A stretch of 64,000 nt of DNA from Cenococcum geophilum. Taxonomy: Eukaryota. Positions 1-14,377 of this stretch are shown piece after piece (within the stretch, counting starts at the first letter, position 1; each line of letters starts with the position of its first letter). The notes under the pieces were generated by a model. It worked only from the letters and a program-made list of their open reading frames with translations. It was not told where the DNA came from and ran no database searches. Location of the stretch: assembly GCA_050273025.1 (NCBI GenBank), contig CP158636.1, positions 10,664,001 to 10,728,000 of the forward strand, given 5' to 3'. The translations under genes and the position numbers were made by a program.

Positions 1-321
1 GATTATAATAATACTAATATAGCTAGAGGAGAAGCCAACTCTCTTTAGTGACGAGTTGTAGTGGCTAATCTATAATACGTTTAATGTTATAGTAAGCCGC
101 TATATAATATTTTAAGAGCTCTATTTAGCTGGCTAGATAAGAAAGTAGGTAAGCTAATTAAATCCTCTAATATAGAGCTTAAAAAGTAACTTATATAAAG
201 AAGTGTTAGCAGGTAGCCCTTAAACATAGCGCTTACGATCGCGATATATATTTTACAATTATATTATAGTATACCGCCAATTAACTAGTATTTATAGATA
301 AGTTAGGTACGGATTCGAAGA
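1..321 (+). mobile_element. Tc1/IS630-type transposase relic, copy 1, 5' part (interrupted by Gypsy-1)
   Basis: Aligns by eye with ~20515-20828. Contains a GTAAGC...CAG intron (~149-212) and a RIP-mutated 'FIDESG' first-Asp motif (~292-310). Confidence 0.8.
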
Positions 322-3300
322 TGTTAGCGACTTAGTTAATTGAGACATAAGCACGGCAAAAGGGTCGCGCAAGCCTGTACGATTGGATTGTCTATAAACG
401 AGAATCTAAAGCTAGGGAAAGGAAAGGAGAAGAAGAGCAGCGCCGTTCGGTGTTTTATAAGATCTTCGCGTCACGTGATCGCAATATACGGCAATCTGTG
501 GCAACTTGCCGGTGTAATATTCTGCTAGTGCCGTAATATTACCCCCCCCCTCTAAAAAAGCCTGCCCTTAGGCTTTGTCGCTAAAAGTCTTAATAAGGGA
601 ATCTAACTAATTAGATAACTTTGACCGCTGGTTAAAGTTCCTAAATATCTTAATACCTTATATAACTAAGAAATTTCTAGGGTGTTTTTGTTCTTATATT
701 CTTCTAATAGCTTATTATCTTTATTATACTAGCATTCTATCTACTTATCTAGGTACTTTAGCGGTCTAGGTTTATTAGGGTAATAGCTATAAAACTTTTA
801 AAGCTTATAGGGACTACCTATAAAGTTCTATATAGGGTACTAAGTGGGGTCTAGGTTATATCCTTTCCAACTAATATAATACTTTAATATTCCCTTTATA
901 AGTTTATAGGCTAGCATTTCTTTAATTTCCTATTTATTATTACTATTAACTTAAATTAGTAGGGGAGGTTTATTCTTTTATCTAGGTAGTAGGTTATTTA
1001 TAGCTTTCTATAGCTTATTTAGTAAGAAAATAGGGTAAACTTTAATTAAGTCTAGGAGCTTAACCTTATACGAGTTACCTACTTTATTAAGGATCTTATA
1101 GTTTAGCTTATGGCTAGGCCGTTTTATCTTTTAGTTTTTTGTTATAATCTAGACTATATCGCCTATAGTAAAGTTAGGCTCGCGCCTATACTTATTCGCC
1201 TACTGTTTTATTAATTTCTAGGCCTTTTTTAGGTTTATATAGGCTATTTTCTAGGCTTCTTCTAAGCGTTTAGTGTACTACTAGGCTTCCTTATAAGATA
1301 GTTTTTCGTGTATAGTTTAGGGCCCTTTTAGTCTTTCCTAGTCAAAGCTTATACGGGGTAGGTAACCCATTTCTAGTTAAATAGGGGCAAATCCGGTAAA
1401 GTCGTGGGGTAAGGTTACTTAGGCGTAGTCTATTAAGGGTAATAGTTTAGCCTAGTTATCCTAGAAGTAGTTAACGAAAGGCTAAAGTTTTTGGTCTAAG
1501 TATTAATTCACAATCTCCATTTAACCGTCTATTTAGGGGTAATATGCCGTAAAAAGCTTTAGCTTAATGCCTAAGATCTAGGTAAACTTATTTTAAAAGG
1601 CTAATATAAACTACGGCCTATAGTTAGATATAATAGTATCTAGTAGTCTGTAAATTTGGTAGATATAATAGATATATAGTTAGGCTGCCTCTTTAGCATT
1701 AATATTCTTATAATAGGGAATTAAGAATAGGCGCTTACTAAAGCGGTTAACTAGGATTATAACTATATTATATCTATTACGGTCTAGGGGTAGCTTATAA
1801 AAGTCTATAGAGATATATTACTAGGGGCGGTTAGGTATTAGGAGGGGTTTTAATAGTCCTAGGGTTTTATCTTGTAGAATTATAGACCTATAGTAGTTAT
1901 TACAGTTCTATATATAGCGGTTAATATCTATAATTATTTTAGGCTAGTAGTAGCGGTCGCTAATAATCCTGTAGGTTTTATTTTTTTTAGGGTAGGCCGT
2001 AGAGACCTAGGCATGTGCTTTGGTAATAAGCTAAGTCCGTAAGTTTTGTTCCTCTACTACCACTAGCCGTTTACGGTGCTTAAGTAGTCTACTTTTAAGG
2101 GACTATAGGCTAGAAACGTTCTTTACCTTTTTACAGTACTCCTATAAAGAAGGGGCCGTACGGTTTACCTATAGTAGTTTATTAATAAGGTCTAGTTCTA
2201 TAGAGTTAATAGGGTATATCTTAATATCTAAAGAGTCTATATTTAGTTCTGCCTATATTTAGGAGTTAAGGTACTCTAGTTATAGTAGCGCTTAGGTTTA
2301 TAATAAGATCTTTATAACTATCTAGTTATTTATATCCTGTTTACGCCTTATAAGAGCGTTTATATAGTTAGTAGCGCCTGGCCTATATATAATTAGGAAG
2401 TTAAACTAAGATAGGGTGTCCGCCTAGCGCGCCTATTAGGCTATAAGGGCCTTTATTATTATAAAATATTTTAAGGCCTTATAATTGGAAACTACCTAGA
2501 TAGACTTAGGGGTGCCTTTTAGTTGGGCTCGCTAGTGCTAAAAGCTAGAGATAATAGCTAGTATTTCTTTATTGTGAATCGGGTAGTTTAGCTTAGCATC
2601 TACTATAGTCTTTAAATAGTAAGTAACAGGGTGCTATTCTCCGTTTGTTTGCTTTTAAGAGTAAACGCTAGCTATAATACTATTTAAGGCATTGGTTTCT
2701 AGTATTAAGGGCCATTCTAGGTTAAAGTGGGTAAGTAAGGGAGTAGAGACTAGTTATTTCTTAAGCTCGTTAAAGGCCTACCTATATATAGTGTTAAAGT
2801 AAAAGGGCTGGTCCTTGTGGGTAAGTAGGCTTAGTAGCTAGGTAATTCTACTATAGTTCTTAATAAAGCGTTGGTAGAAGTTATAGAACTCTAAGAATAA
2901 CTATACCCCCTTTACGGTCCTTAGGGGTACCTATTAGTTAATTATAGCCGTCTTTTCTAGGTCTACCTTAATCCCGTTTATATTAATAATAAACCCTAAG
3001 TACTTTATACGCTTAACACTAAATTCTAACTTCTTAATATTAGCTTGGAGGTTAGCTTCTTAAAGCCGTTATAGGACTTTATAGATATACTCTTTATATT
3101 CTAGTTTATTTTTAGAGTAGATTATAATATTATCTAGGTATGCTATATAGAAGTTATTAAGGTAGTTAAATAGTACGTTATTTATATATTATTAGTATAT
3201 AGCCGGTCCGTTAGTTAGTCTAAAAGGCAGTATTTTATATTTATATGTTCCGTAACGGGTCTAAAACATAATAAAGTCTTTTAATTTAGGGTTTATCCTA

Positions 3301-6271
3301 ATTTGATGAAAAGCCTAGCGGATATTAAGCTTCGTAAAGATCTTAGCTCTACTTATTTAGGCTAAAGTCTTATTAAGTAAAGGCAGTGGGTAGCGGTCTT
3401 TAAGAGTTAAATTATTAAGCTTATGGTAGTTAATATAGAAATAAAGTCCTCTATTTGGCTTTTTAGCAAAGAAAATAGGTAAGTTAAAAGGGGCTTAACT
3501 AGGCTTAATAAAGCCTTTATTTAGGTTATTAATAAGATACTACTTTATAGCCTATAATTTGGTAGTAGATTACTGTCGGAGGGGGCTATAGTTAAGGGTA
3601 ACTACCTTATCCGGCTTAATTTTAATCTTATAGTTATATAGTTAGTGAAGTAGGAGTATATTAGACGCTACTTTAGAGAAAGTGTTTTTAAATTTCTAGT
3701 ATTAACGGGGCAGTTTCTATTCCACTAGCTCCTTATCTATAAGCTTACCTTTCTCTTAGGCTAGGGCTTCTTTCTCTTTAATTATTTAATTAATTTCGTA
3801 TAAGCTAGTTATAAAGGCAACGGTATTAGGCTGAACTAGGTTTTAGTAGAATCCTATAGCGCTAATATAGTAGATATTAACTAGTAGGAGGTCTATAGGT
3901 TTCTTTATAGATATTTATTAGGCCGTATTTTATAGTATAGGGTTTATAGTCTTCCTTAGCTTATATTCTATTTTCCGCAAGTTATCCTTTTAGTTTATTA
4001 GTTTAGTATATCGTCTAATATTCCTAGCCTTTCTTTATGGCTACGTAGGGCCTAAGTTCTCTATTAGGGACTTAGCTAGGCCACTACTAACTTCCTAAGT
4101 CTTTAGTGCGGGTAGTGTAATATAGGTAGTTTAGGGGCGGTATAGTATATAGATCTGTTATAGATTAAGCTATATATCCTTCTTAAAAGCCTAGTCCTTA
4201 CGCATTGCATCGGCCTAGTAAATAGTGTTTATCTACGGCCGTATAAGGTTTTCTATTGTAATACTAATCTCTTTTATAAAGAAATGCGTTAGGGGCATAG
4301 TTTTGGGCTAGATAAGCTGCCTATTCCGTACATTAAGCTATAAGCCTAAATAGGCTAGCTATTTTCTTCCTAAGATTATATTATAGCTTCTAAGGTCCGT
4401 AATAAGGAAGGGAATATTATACTACCTTTGTCCGTTAACGCGGAGGTAGATCCGTAAGATAGTTATAATAGGTAGTCCTATCCGTCTATTATACCCGTAA
4501 ATAGGGACTAGTTTAGGCAGTTCTTTAAGGGGTATATTTAAAAAGTCAGCTAGTTTTATAGCGCACTTTATATTAATTAAGGTAAAGGTATTTACTCCTA
4601 AGTTAGCTAAAGCAGAGGTTAAAACTTAATATTTATTACGAAATAAAGTATAAAGGATAGTGCAGCTTTTTTCACTAATTAGCTGACCTAGATTAATATA
4701 TAACATATTAATCCCTTTTAACCCTAGAGAGAAGTCTTCCTCTAGGGTTCCTTTTTTTCCGGCTCTATACTATCCTCCTAAATTAATAGGACCTTATTTA
4801 TCTTTACCTTTATTAGGCAGTTCCTTATAGGGTAGCCTATTTAACTATATAAGAAGTAAGCTCCTTAATTGCTAAGGGCCTATATATAGGGGTCGCTATA
4901 TATAGGCTGGGTATATACTAGGCCCGTAGTAGGGGTAGCTACGCAGCTAGCTGCTAGGTTAATTATAGGAGTTGCTAATTATACCGGGGCACTATAGGCC
5001 GTACTTATAGTACTTACGGCCTAGTTTATAAGGTTTCTAGTTTTTAGCCAGTTAGCGTATGCCTTAATTTAATAAAGGCCTTAGTTAATAGCTAGGTAAT
5101 AGTCTATAAGTTCCTTTAACGTCTATACCGTAGTATAAGCTAGCAATACAGCCCGCTATAGGTCTAGGGTAAGCTTATTAAAGAGGTCTAATAGTAGGTC
5201 TTTCTAGGGGATCTAGGCCTGTCCGGCTAGGTATAGAAAGTAGGTTTAAAAGGCTGAAAAGGTCTCCGTTATTTTTATATTTAGGCTTTTATAGCTAAGG
5301 CGGGCGTTCTATACTTTAAAAGGGTCTTTATAAATAAAAGACAAGTATTTAATTATTTCTTCTTTAAAGATAAAGGGGTCTGCTAAGTCTTTAGTATATT
5401 ACAGGTGTAAATGCGTTTAGGCATCTCCGCCAATACGGCCGAAAACGTAGGCTATTCTAGCTTAGGCGTTAGGAAAGTGGTCTATATTAACTTTAAGCTT
5501 ATCCTGTAATTAAAGCTTTTAATTATTAAATATAGGGTTAGTTCTATCTATAAGTAGTAGGGGATCCGTAACCTTTACCGACTGCTTTAGTACTATATAG
5601 GTCTTAGTAGGTCTACTAAGGCACTAGAATAGGGCATAAAGGACTATAGCAAGTCTTTAGTTATTTAATAATGACTTATTATTTAATATAGGGGTATCTC
5701 TAGCTTTAAGCAGCTCTCGCAGTTATTTAATTTCGGTATTAGTAGCCGCAAGCTCCGCCTAGGGGGTTAAAACGTTAATTATTTCTTTATCTGAAGTATT
5801 TAAGGGTTCTATAGCTACTTTACTTACTATTATAGTTTATAGCATAGTAGTAGGGGTATTAGGTAATTTTAAATAATTTCTTTAGGGGTTCTAGTCTATG
5901 CGTGTCTTATAGGTCCTTTCCTTAGGGTTCTATTCTTTTTCTTTTAGGTCCTATCCTTATGGTCCTAGTAATATCCTTAAGGTCCTATTCTATATTCTAG
6001 TAGATATATTTAAGTTCCTTTTTAGGAAAAAAGAGTAGAGTAAGCTTTAGATAATATTAGCGACTTAGTTAATTAAGATATAAGTACGGCAAAAGGGTCG
6101 CGTAAGCCTATATGATTGGATTGTCTATAAACGAGAATCTAAAGCTAGGGAAAGGAAAGGAGAAAAAGAGTAGCGCCGTTTAGTGTTTTATAAGATCTTT
6201 ACATTACGTAATCATAATATGCGGCAATCTATAGCAACTTGCTGGTGTAATGTTCTACTAGTACTATAACA
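322..6271 (-). mobile_element. Gypsy-1: Ty3/Gypsy (chromovirus-type) LTR retrotransposon, full length, RIP-inactivated
   Basis: 217-bp LTRs at 322-538 and 6055-6271. 5-bp TSD GAAGA (317-321, 6272-6276). PPT at ~541-553 on the minus strand. Minus-strand RT motifs KDRYPLP (~3381-3400) and YLD(D) (~3128-3141). Domain order gag-PR-RT-RH-IN-chromo. Confidence 0.93.
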
Positions 6272-6276
6272 GAAGA

Positions 6277-6795
6277 TAGGCGTATAGAAGGTAGGCTAGG
6301 CTCCTTTTAGTATTATACTAGTTTTATAGACGCTATATAATTGGGGTAAAAGGAGGCTTAATATACTGCCTATATATATAATTAACGGCGTACTAGTAGC
6401 TTTAGTATATAAAGGCTTAATAAATAGTAAAGGCTTTAAGTTCTGGATAGCGAATACTCTTCTACTATAGTATAATCGCTTTCTTACTAAGTAATTAGTA
6501 GTAGTAATAAATAACGCCAGTTTTTATTATTTAGAAAGGATACAGTCTCTCTTTAACGCCTTTAGCGTTAAGCTGGTATATTTACCTCTATACTTATCTA
6601 ATCTAAATCTAATTAAAGAGTTTTTTTAGAGAGCTGAAGGCCTTTATTTAGCGGGAGTAGTACTCTTAACTAGAGCACCTAAAAACCTTTAGCTATAGCT
6701 TTAAAGCATTCCTTCTTTGGAGTATAGATAAGGTTAGTAGTAAAAGTAAAAGCGCAAGAGGCCATTTCTAATATAGTGGGTACAATTATTGAGGT
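6277..6795 (+). mobile_element. Tc1/IS630-type transposase relic, copy 1, 3' part
   Basis: RIP-mutated MDNASFH...YLPPYSPDLNPIE (~6508-6617). I count 34 codons between D and E (DD34E). Collinear with 20830-21343. Confidence 0.85.
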
Positions 6796-6847
6796 TTTTA
6801 GAGTAAGAGTTATAATTAACCTTTGGTGGCGTTTATAAATCTGCTAT

Positions 6848-7008
6848 ATATAGGGTGTCTTTATTACTATAAGGACGCTAGCAGTAATAAAGACACCTTA
6901 TATTTTACTAATTACAATTATTTATATTCTAAAGAGCCTAGATATAAGGCGTCTCTACTACTATAGAGGTGTTAGCGGTAATAGAGACACCCTATATTTT
7001 ACTAATTA
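6848..7008. repeat. Two direct copies of a ~60-bp hairpin unit
   Basis: Unit 1 is GTGTCTTTATTACT...AGTAATAAAGACAC and unit 2 is GCGTCTCTACTACT...GGTAATAGAGACAC. Both are followed by TATATTTTACTAATTA. Confidence 0.8.
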
Positions 7009-7039
7009 TCTATATCTTAAAAAGTTCCCCCAAGCTAAG

Positions 7040-10000
7040 TATAACGCTTATTTACCCACTTCTTTAAGTCCTTCTATAGCCGTCTTACGACGCCTAATTT
7101 GATACTAGCCTTAATAAGCTCCTTAATAGGATTAGCGCTATTAGATTTATTACGTAGAAGCTTTAAGTCCCACCTTAAATTACAGACAACTTTATACGCA
7201 GCTTTAAAATCAGCCTTCTAGTTAAGATTGCTAGCTACGCTCTGCCTCTAATACTTAAAGAACTCCTTTAGATCTTTTGCGCGGTTAATACCTTATAGGC
7301 GGTATATTGGTAATATAGGTAAGGATAATAAGGGCAGTCGGCTTGCTAGTGTAGGAGGAATTTGCTAATCTAATATTAAGCCTATAGAGCCAACGTAAAA
7401 GTGATTAGTAATACCTAGGCTATTAACTACGGAGCTCTCGCTTAAGGTAGATTAGCGTACTCCTCTATTACTTTTTCCTCTTATTACTGCTCTCTCTATA
7501 AGCCGAGTAGTAAGCTTATAAGGTGGATTCTTAATATTTATAATGCCTTACTAAATGCCAGTTACCTACTTCCGTAAGTCCTTATTTATTAATTTAATAT
7601 CTACCTAACTAAGTATATAACATCAATTGGTGTTAGGATAGCGCTTTTTATAGCGCTAATACCTAGTAAGCTTAATTCGCAAGCCTATTAAATTTATAAT
7701 ACTACTAGTAAGTACACAAGGCGTTATATTAAGCTCTAAGCTCTATAAGGGCGTTAGAAGCTTATTATAGAGTTAATTAATTATTAATAGGCGAGAGGCC
7801 ACTAGCTAATTTCTATCTGGAGCATATATAATTAAGAGGTTAATAGTTAGGGCCTTAATCTCGTTATATCTATTAGTATATTAAGCCTACGTAATGAGTT
7901 ACGTATTAATCTTTTACTACTAATCTATAACTTTAGAATCTATATTAAACCTAACGTTATAAACGCCTGTATATTAAGTGTTAACCTTTACCTTAATTAG
8001 CTAGAGCTTAACGCGAATACTTTACTCTTAATAATATAGCTCCCTCTTATAAATAGGAAATACTTTAAGTCGCCAAAGATTATAACATTAAAGGCTTGCA
8101 TTAACGAGAGTTTTAGTAAACGCCGGCTCCTTTAGATATTAAATTAATATATTATAATTATAAGTAATAAATAATGAACTGGATCTAAGGATAAAAGAAT
8201 AAATAAAGCTATAGAATCTAACTATAAGGAATATAGGCCTTAATATAGGCCTATATCTACGGGGTCCGGGGTGACTACTACGGATACTAAAGTAGTTGCT
8301 GCGGAGACCGAATAAGAAGGGACTCTGCTTATGTAAGTAGGAAACGCATGTAGAGGACTCCTCCAGTATTATTGTTATACCCCCTAGTGCTCTACTAAAA
8401 TAGAAGCAGACCCTTCCTAAATTAGTGTTAAACTTGTTTATATATAAAAGAAACACCTTGTAATCCTCCGAGTGTATTATAGGTCCTATTTGACCTCTCC
8501 CTAAGCTGTGATCGTTCACCTATTACGAGCTCTATATCGTTCCTATCCCCTATTTGAAAGTTGTCAGCATTGGTTAGAGTCGTTAAATAGCGTACCCTCT
8601 GAGGTTTTGCCGACCTATATACGATTTCCTACTTAGGTTTAGTGTCCATGTCGCATTAAACAAGGCCTAGCTGCTTAACAAAATTCCTAAACTAAGTCGT
8701 CGATAGTAGCTTTATAAGACCGTCTGCTACTATACTACTTGTAGAAACGTGCTGTAGGTAAATTATACCGCTTTAAACCTTGTCACGAATATAGTGCTAG
8801 TATAGCTTAAAGTGCTTAGTACGCGTATAGTAGTCGTTGCTTTTAGCAAGGCTTATGGCTGGTTAATTGTCGCCATATAAATGTATTGGTAGTAAATCCT
8901 TTCCGGTGTAGCCTAAATTAGTAAGTAATTAACGGAGCTATAAGGCTTCCTTAGCTGTATACGTTATCGCTATATACTTAGCCTCTATAGTAAAGGTTAT
9001 AAGAATTAACTGCTTGCTTAATTTGTGTAAAACTAGGCCACCCGCTAGCTTATAGATATAGCTAGAAGTTAACTTCCTATTAACCGCATCTGCGAACGCT
9101 GTATCGCTATAGCCGTATAGTTGTAGGTCAGGTATATTACCTAGTGCGCTTCCGCTATACTCCCTATTACAATTAGGGGTATTATAGTCTGTAGCTGACG
9201 CCTCGGCAAAGACTTTTGGAGGTGGCTACTGCCCTTAGGGTAAGCCGAACTCTATGCCTAAGTTGATTGTCCCTACGTAGTAGGCGAGTATCTGCATCGC
9301 GGCGTCTATATATAGTTTGGTAGGGTTATATAGGAACTAATAGAGCTTCCCTATAGCCTAGGCTATATCGGGCCGAGTCTAATTGCATAGATATAGTAGA
9401 GAGCCTATTAGCGATTGGTACCGTTTTACTAGTTTTAGTGGAGCTTAATCCTTAAGCTCGCGTGGCTTAAAGTCTACTATAGATGGGTGGATTGGTATAG
9501 AGGCCGGTGCGCAGTCTTTTATATAGAATGTATATAGGATCTTCCTAATATAGGCGTCCTATACTAGTCGAATTGATCGCGCCTGGCGGTTCCTTATAAT
9601 TCGAATACCTAGGTAGTACGCAATTAGGCCTAAGTTTCTTACTTTGTACTTATTCCTAAGTGCTTCTTTAAGCAGTTTAATCGTCCGTATATCCTGTCCA
9701 ATTAAGATAAGATCGTCAACGTAGACGATAATAATTTAGCCGCTTTACTAGCTGACGAAGATATATGGGTTAGCTAGAATTGGTATGTATTTAAGGGTAA
9801 TAAGGAAGCTCTTAAGCTCCTTATACTAAAGATATAGCGCCTGTTTAAGACCGTAGAGAGCCTTAAGCAGCAGGCCTATAAGAGTAACGCCGTCCTTCTA
9901 ATACTGGCGGTATCCTTTTGGCAGCTAAATATAGATGTTCTTATAGTTAAGCTTCCCATTAAGGAAGGCCGTAATTACGTCTAAGTGCTCGCACTCTAGA

Positions 10001-13000
10001 TCGTATGCGGCAACCAGGGCTATTAGTAGCTTAAATATACTAAGTTAAATGACGCTTGCGAATATATCGCTATAGTTAATTTCTGGGCGCTGCTTATTAC
10101 CGCGTAATACTAGCCGTGCTTTCCATCTAAATAGGATGTTATTTTTATTAAATTTGTATATAAAGACCTATTTAATGGGTAGAGCCTTAGCTCTAGGTAG
10201 AAGTTTAACGATCTTAAATAAGATATTTACTATTTAAGACTCCTATTCCTTATCCGCTATAACCTTCCACTCCTTTTTAAATATTAAATTTATGGCTTCC
10301 TTCTAGTTTCGTGGCTCTGGAGGTAGTCCTTTAGTTATTTTTGTTTACTAAGGCTGCGATAGAGTACTTATAAACGTATAGGCGAAGGACGGGGTAAGGT
10401 AGGTAGCCTTTATAGCTAGCTCCTTCCTTCTAGTTTTATAGAGTACGCTATAGTTAAGCCGTGGCTTTAACCGTGTATAAATGCTCGCTATAGGTTTATT
10501 GTCCTCTTCTAAGTACTTAGTTAGAATCTGTTCCAGATCCTCCTAGTAGATATCCCTTAGGGGAGTTGCTTTTTAATAAAGGTGTCCTCCTAGATTAGGA
10601 AGCTCTTGCTAGTTAAGATTTGCCTATTTATTATTAGTGAGAGGAGGTTAATTAAGCTGCGGTGCGATATTATAATCGCTAGAGGTACCCCCTAACTAAG
10701 AGTTACCCCCTAACTACAAGGCCTAAGAGTTCTGGTCTGCCTCCTGCGGTAACTAAGAAGCCTTACTTCCTTCCTATAGTAATTGAGAAGTCTTGCTTTT
10801 TTCCTACGGTAACTAAGAGACCTCTAATAGAGCGTCTTTGGTAGGAAGTTCCTTAAGTAGTATCTAGTAGATATCATTGTCGCCACCTTCTTCCTTACTA
10901 ATTGGTGTAGTAAGAAAAGTTCCTAATTTGTTAAAGGTAACGCTACTTAATTAAACGACCTTGTTCTTATAAGGTAGATAGACGCGATATATATATAAGC
11001 CTTTATAGCTGACTAATTATCCTTTCTAAGCTCTTATAACGAACTTATTACCCCACTACTGCTAAGGGTCTTTTTTATTAATGTGGACGTAGGTGGGACA
11101 GCTATAGATCTTCTAGTTAGCGTACGTGATTGTAGAATTGGTGTCCCCTAGGGCGAGGGCTATTACTTAAGCGGGCGGAGCTTTGTCCTTATTAACTAAT
11201 GTAGGTAATATATTAAGCCCGTATATAGCTGCCTTGGCGACTTTAGGCTAGAGCTTTAGTAGCAATTAAGTTTTAATTAATATTACCCTAACCCTTTCTT
11301 TAACTAGGTGGTTAGCCTTCTCTACTATTCTATTTTGGTGTGCAGTATATAGGGTAGAGGCCTTAGTGACTATGCCTTCGTTCTTAAAGAAATCGGTTAT
11401 ATCCTTACTAAACCACTTAGCAGCTCTATCTAATCGGAAGCAGCCAATTATTATCCCTGTTTAAGTCTTAATTATATAAATAAACTGCTTTAAGGTAGAG
11501 GCCGCGGAGCCTCTATTTAATATATAGTAGATCTATCTAAAGCGTGTTTAGTTATTAGTGAATAGTACCTAGTACTTCTCTCCGCGGAGACCTTCGTGTT
11601 TTAATAGCCTAACTATATTAACGTGCACCTTTTTAAATATGCGATTGCTATATTGTTAAGGGCGTCTTAATATTTACTTCTTGGCCTTTCTGAGGAGACA
11701 GTCCTCGCAATGAAATGGCTTATCCTTAATAACTATAATCCCCTTTATACTTCTGGCCAGTTAACGTATCTAGTTAAAAGGAAGATATTATAGTCTCTTG
11801 TGCTAAGTCTCTATAGTAGCTTTAGTAAGCACGCCTTTCTTATAGAGGCGCGATTGTGCGGTAGCTAAAGCTATTGTGAAAGGAACCTTTATAGGGTTGT
11901 CTACCAGTATAAACAAATTGAGTTTATTGATATATGGGATGTAGGCTATTTCTACCCAATCTTTAATAAAGTTAATTATGTTATAAAGACTGTTAAAGAA
12001 GACTCCCTTCTCTTATAGAACACTAAGCGAGACGATATTTATAAAGAAGTTAGGACAGTGATACACTTTAATAAATGTAATTATATAGGCTGAGTGGTTA
12101 GTTCGGGCGACTATAAGCTCGACTGATTTAACGCCAATGGCCTTTATTAGGCCTCCTCCCGTTTAGATTTAGATAGGTTTAATTTCCTAATACTAAATAA
12201 ACTTCCTAATGTTGTTGCCTATGTAAATATTTAAGCAACTATCAGCTATCTAGGAGTCCTTAATATTCGTTCCTAAAGCTATAGCTGCTGGCCTAATAAC
12301 CTATATAGTAAAGATCGATCTAGTTGCTGAATTGGTAGCTTAAGAGGGGCGATTGGATGTCCCCTTAGAGGCCTTATTAGTAGTTATTAAGGCTGCTCCG
12401 TTACCTAAGCGCGGTTGTCTCTCTCTAGGTCTCCACCATTTGGGCCTTAGGTAGGGGTGCTTTATCTAGTAATTGTCCTCGCCACTTAAATAACCTAGCT
12501 TATACCATCTACATTTATTTAAAGCATCCTTGGCAGAGCCTTAATTGCCTAATAAGGCACTATAGCCGGCTCCCCTACTACCTCTGCTTTAACTATTACC
12601 GTGACTACGGCTGTTGCCGTGTTCTTGACCGGAGTTACCTAGTAGCTTATTAACTAAGGCGAAGCTCTTAAGTGAGTCCTTTTGCTAAGCCTTGTTGGTA
12701 AAGTCAGCGATTAATTAGACTAGTGTAATTATATAGCTGTCGCGAATCTTATTACGTTGGATTTGAGCCTATATAGGGAAGTGTTCGTTAATAGCGTTGA
12801 TGAATTAATAGTTAATGATCTTATTATCTAGGGTAAGCTTTACCTGCTTAACTCTTTAAACCGCTTCTTGGTAATAGCTTAAGAAAGTAGTAACTACTTA
12901 GTCTAATTAAAAATGGAGCTTAATAAAAGTCTCCTATACGTTGGCCTTATGGATTAAGCTATAGGCCTTAAACGTCTGTTTAAGGTAATTAATGTAGTCC

Positions 13001-13900
13001 TTTGCCGTCTGCTTGTGTTCTAAGGCAGTAAGGATCTTATTATTAATTATACTAAGGATAACTAAATAGACTTTGCTGTCTTCCTTGCTGTACTGTTTAA
13101 ACTCCTTATTATACTTGTAGGAGAGTGCCTTATTAGCTAAGCGAATTAAATTATTAGTATCTGCAATAATTTAAGACCTCTTAAGGATCTTATCTCGCTC
13201 TTCCTTGTCGGCGTCCTTTAGTACTTAATTAATAGATATCGTAGGTTTTTCTTCCTAGAGCTTTGGGTAGAGGGGTAGGCCTATATCTTCCTAAATAATA
13301 TACAAAAGGCCCTTACTACGTAGGTACGTGCTGAGCTGCGTCTAATATTGGGGCTAATTTGAGCCGTCTTTCTTAAGGCGTTGAATGCCTGGATAATCTT
13401 TACCTATGGCAACGCGTAAATAAAAGGATTTGACGCGTAAATACACGAACTTAAGGCGTAGATTTGATAATAAAAAATGATGTAGCGCAGTAAGGAATGA
13501 CCTAGTACGGGTATAGTAACCCTTAATGTAACCTGTGGTAAGGTGTTAATCTTCTAACGTTGTAGCTTAGTAGTAATAAGTGCTTATAACCTGATGAACT
13601 AGATCTGAGGATAAAAGAATAAATAAAGCTATGGAATCTAACTATAAGGAATATAGGCCTTAATATAGGCCTATATTTACAGGTCCGGGGTAACTACTAT
13701 AGATACTAAAGTAGTTGCTACGGAGACTAAATAAGAAGGGACTTTGCTTATGTAAGCAGGAAACGCATGTGGAGGACTCCTCTAGTACTATTGTTAATAA
13801 ATACGCCGCCGCTAGCTCTTCCTATATTATTAATCTCACTCTCTATATATAGGTAAGGTGGTGGAGTTATTTCTTCTTTATCCTTAATTGTATTTTATAG
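7040..13900 (-). pseudogene. RIP-degraded ORF of unknown function, split by the Copia insertion (pieces ~13900-13802 and 8171-~7040)
   Basis: Reversing RIP changes by eye gives a continuous minus-strand frame across the Copia TSD. It ends in a helical motif like '...DLRKWVTGI..G...ENPP...LIEAGIKSGVVRRLQKDLKKW'. Family not confirmed. Confidence 0.45.
8172..13796 (-). mobile_element. Ty1/Copia LTR retrotransposon, full length, RIP-inactivated
   Basis: LTRs at 8172-8377 and 13592-13796. TSD ATAAA. PBS GGTTATAAGCAC resembles the half-tRNA-iMet site GGTTATGAGCCC. Minus-strand LLKALYGLKQ (~9841-9870) and VYVDD (~9712-9726). Integrase lies upstream of RT. Confidence 0.93.
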
Positions 13901-14377
13901 AGGAGCCTAAGGAGCTTAAGTAGCTCGAGCAGCCGCCTAAGAGGCTATAGCTTAATATTGTGGTATTAGCTGTAGGTAGGTAGGATTTTATATTAAATAC
14001 GGTGACTTATACGGCCTTAATTAAGCCTATTAGCTCTACGTATAAGAAGTCTGCTAACTCTATATATAGTTAAGCCAAGCCTCTATATCTTCTTTATTAT
14101 CCTTATCTATGGCTTCTAGATTGTTTTCTATTTCCTTAAGCTCCTCTAATATAAAGTCTAGCTAAACGGCGTTATGTTTGCGTCTTAGGGCACCCTAGTA
14201 AAAACTCTATAAGGGCAGAGACGTACGCAATAAGGGAGGAAGAAGGCTTTGTCGATTTCGTTAAGGGTAAGGAGATACACCCGTTAATTGAGCTGCTACG
14301 CGTTTTAAAGGAGAATTTATATTAAAGGCAAATTAATAATTATATAACACGATTTTGGATTAATATTAAAACTTTAG

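Noticed and set aside
599..657. Hammerhead ribozyme / retrozyme in LTR elements
   Set aside because: CTAATTAG back-mutates to CTGATCAG rather than CTGANGA, and no GAAA core with three stems could be built. CTGATGA at 13591 is just the Copia LTR edge.
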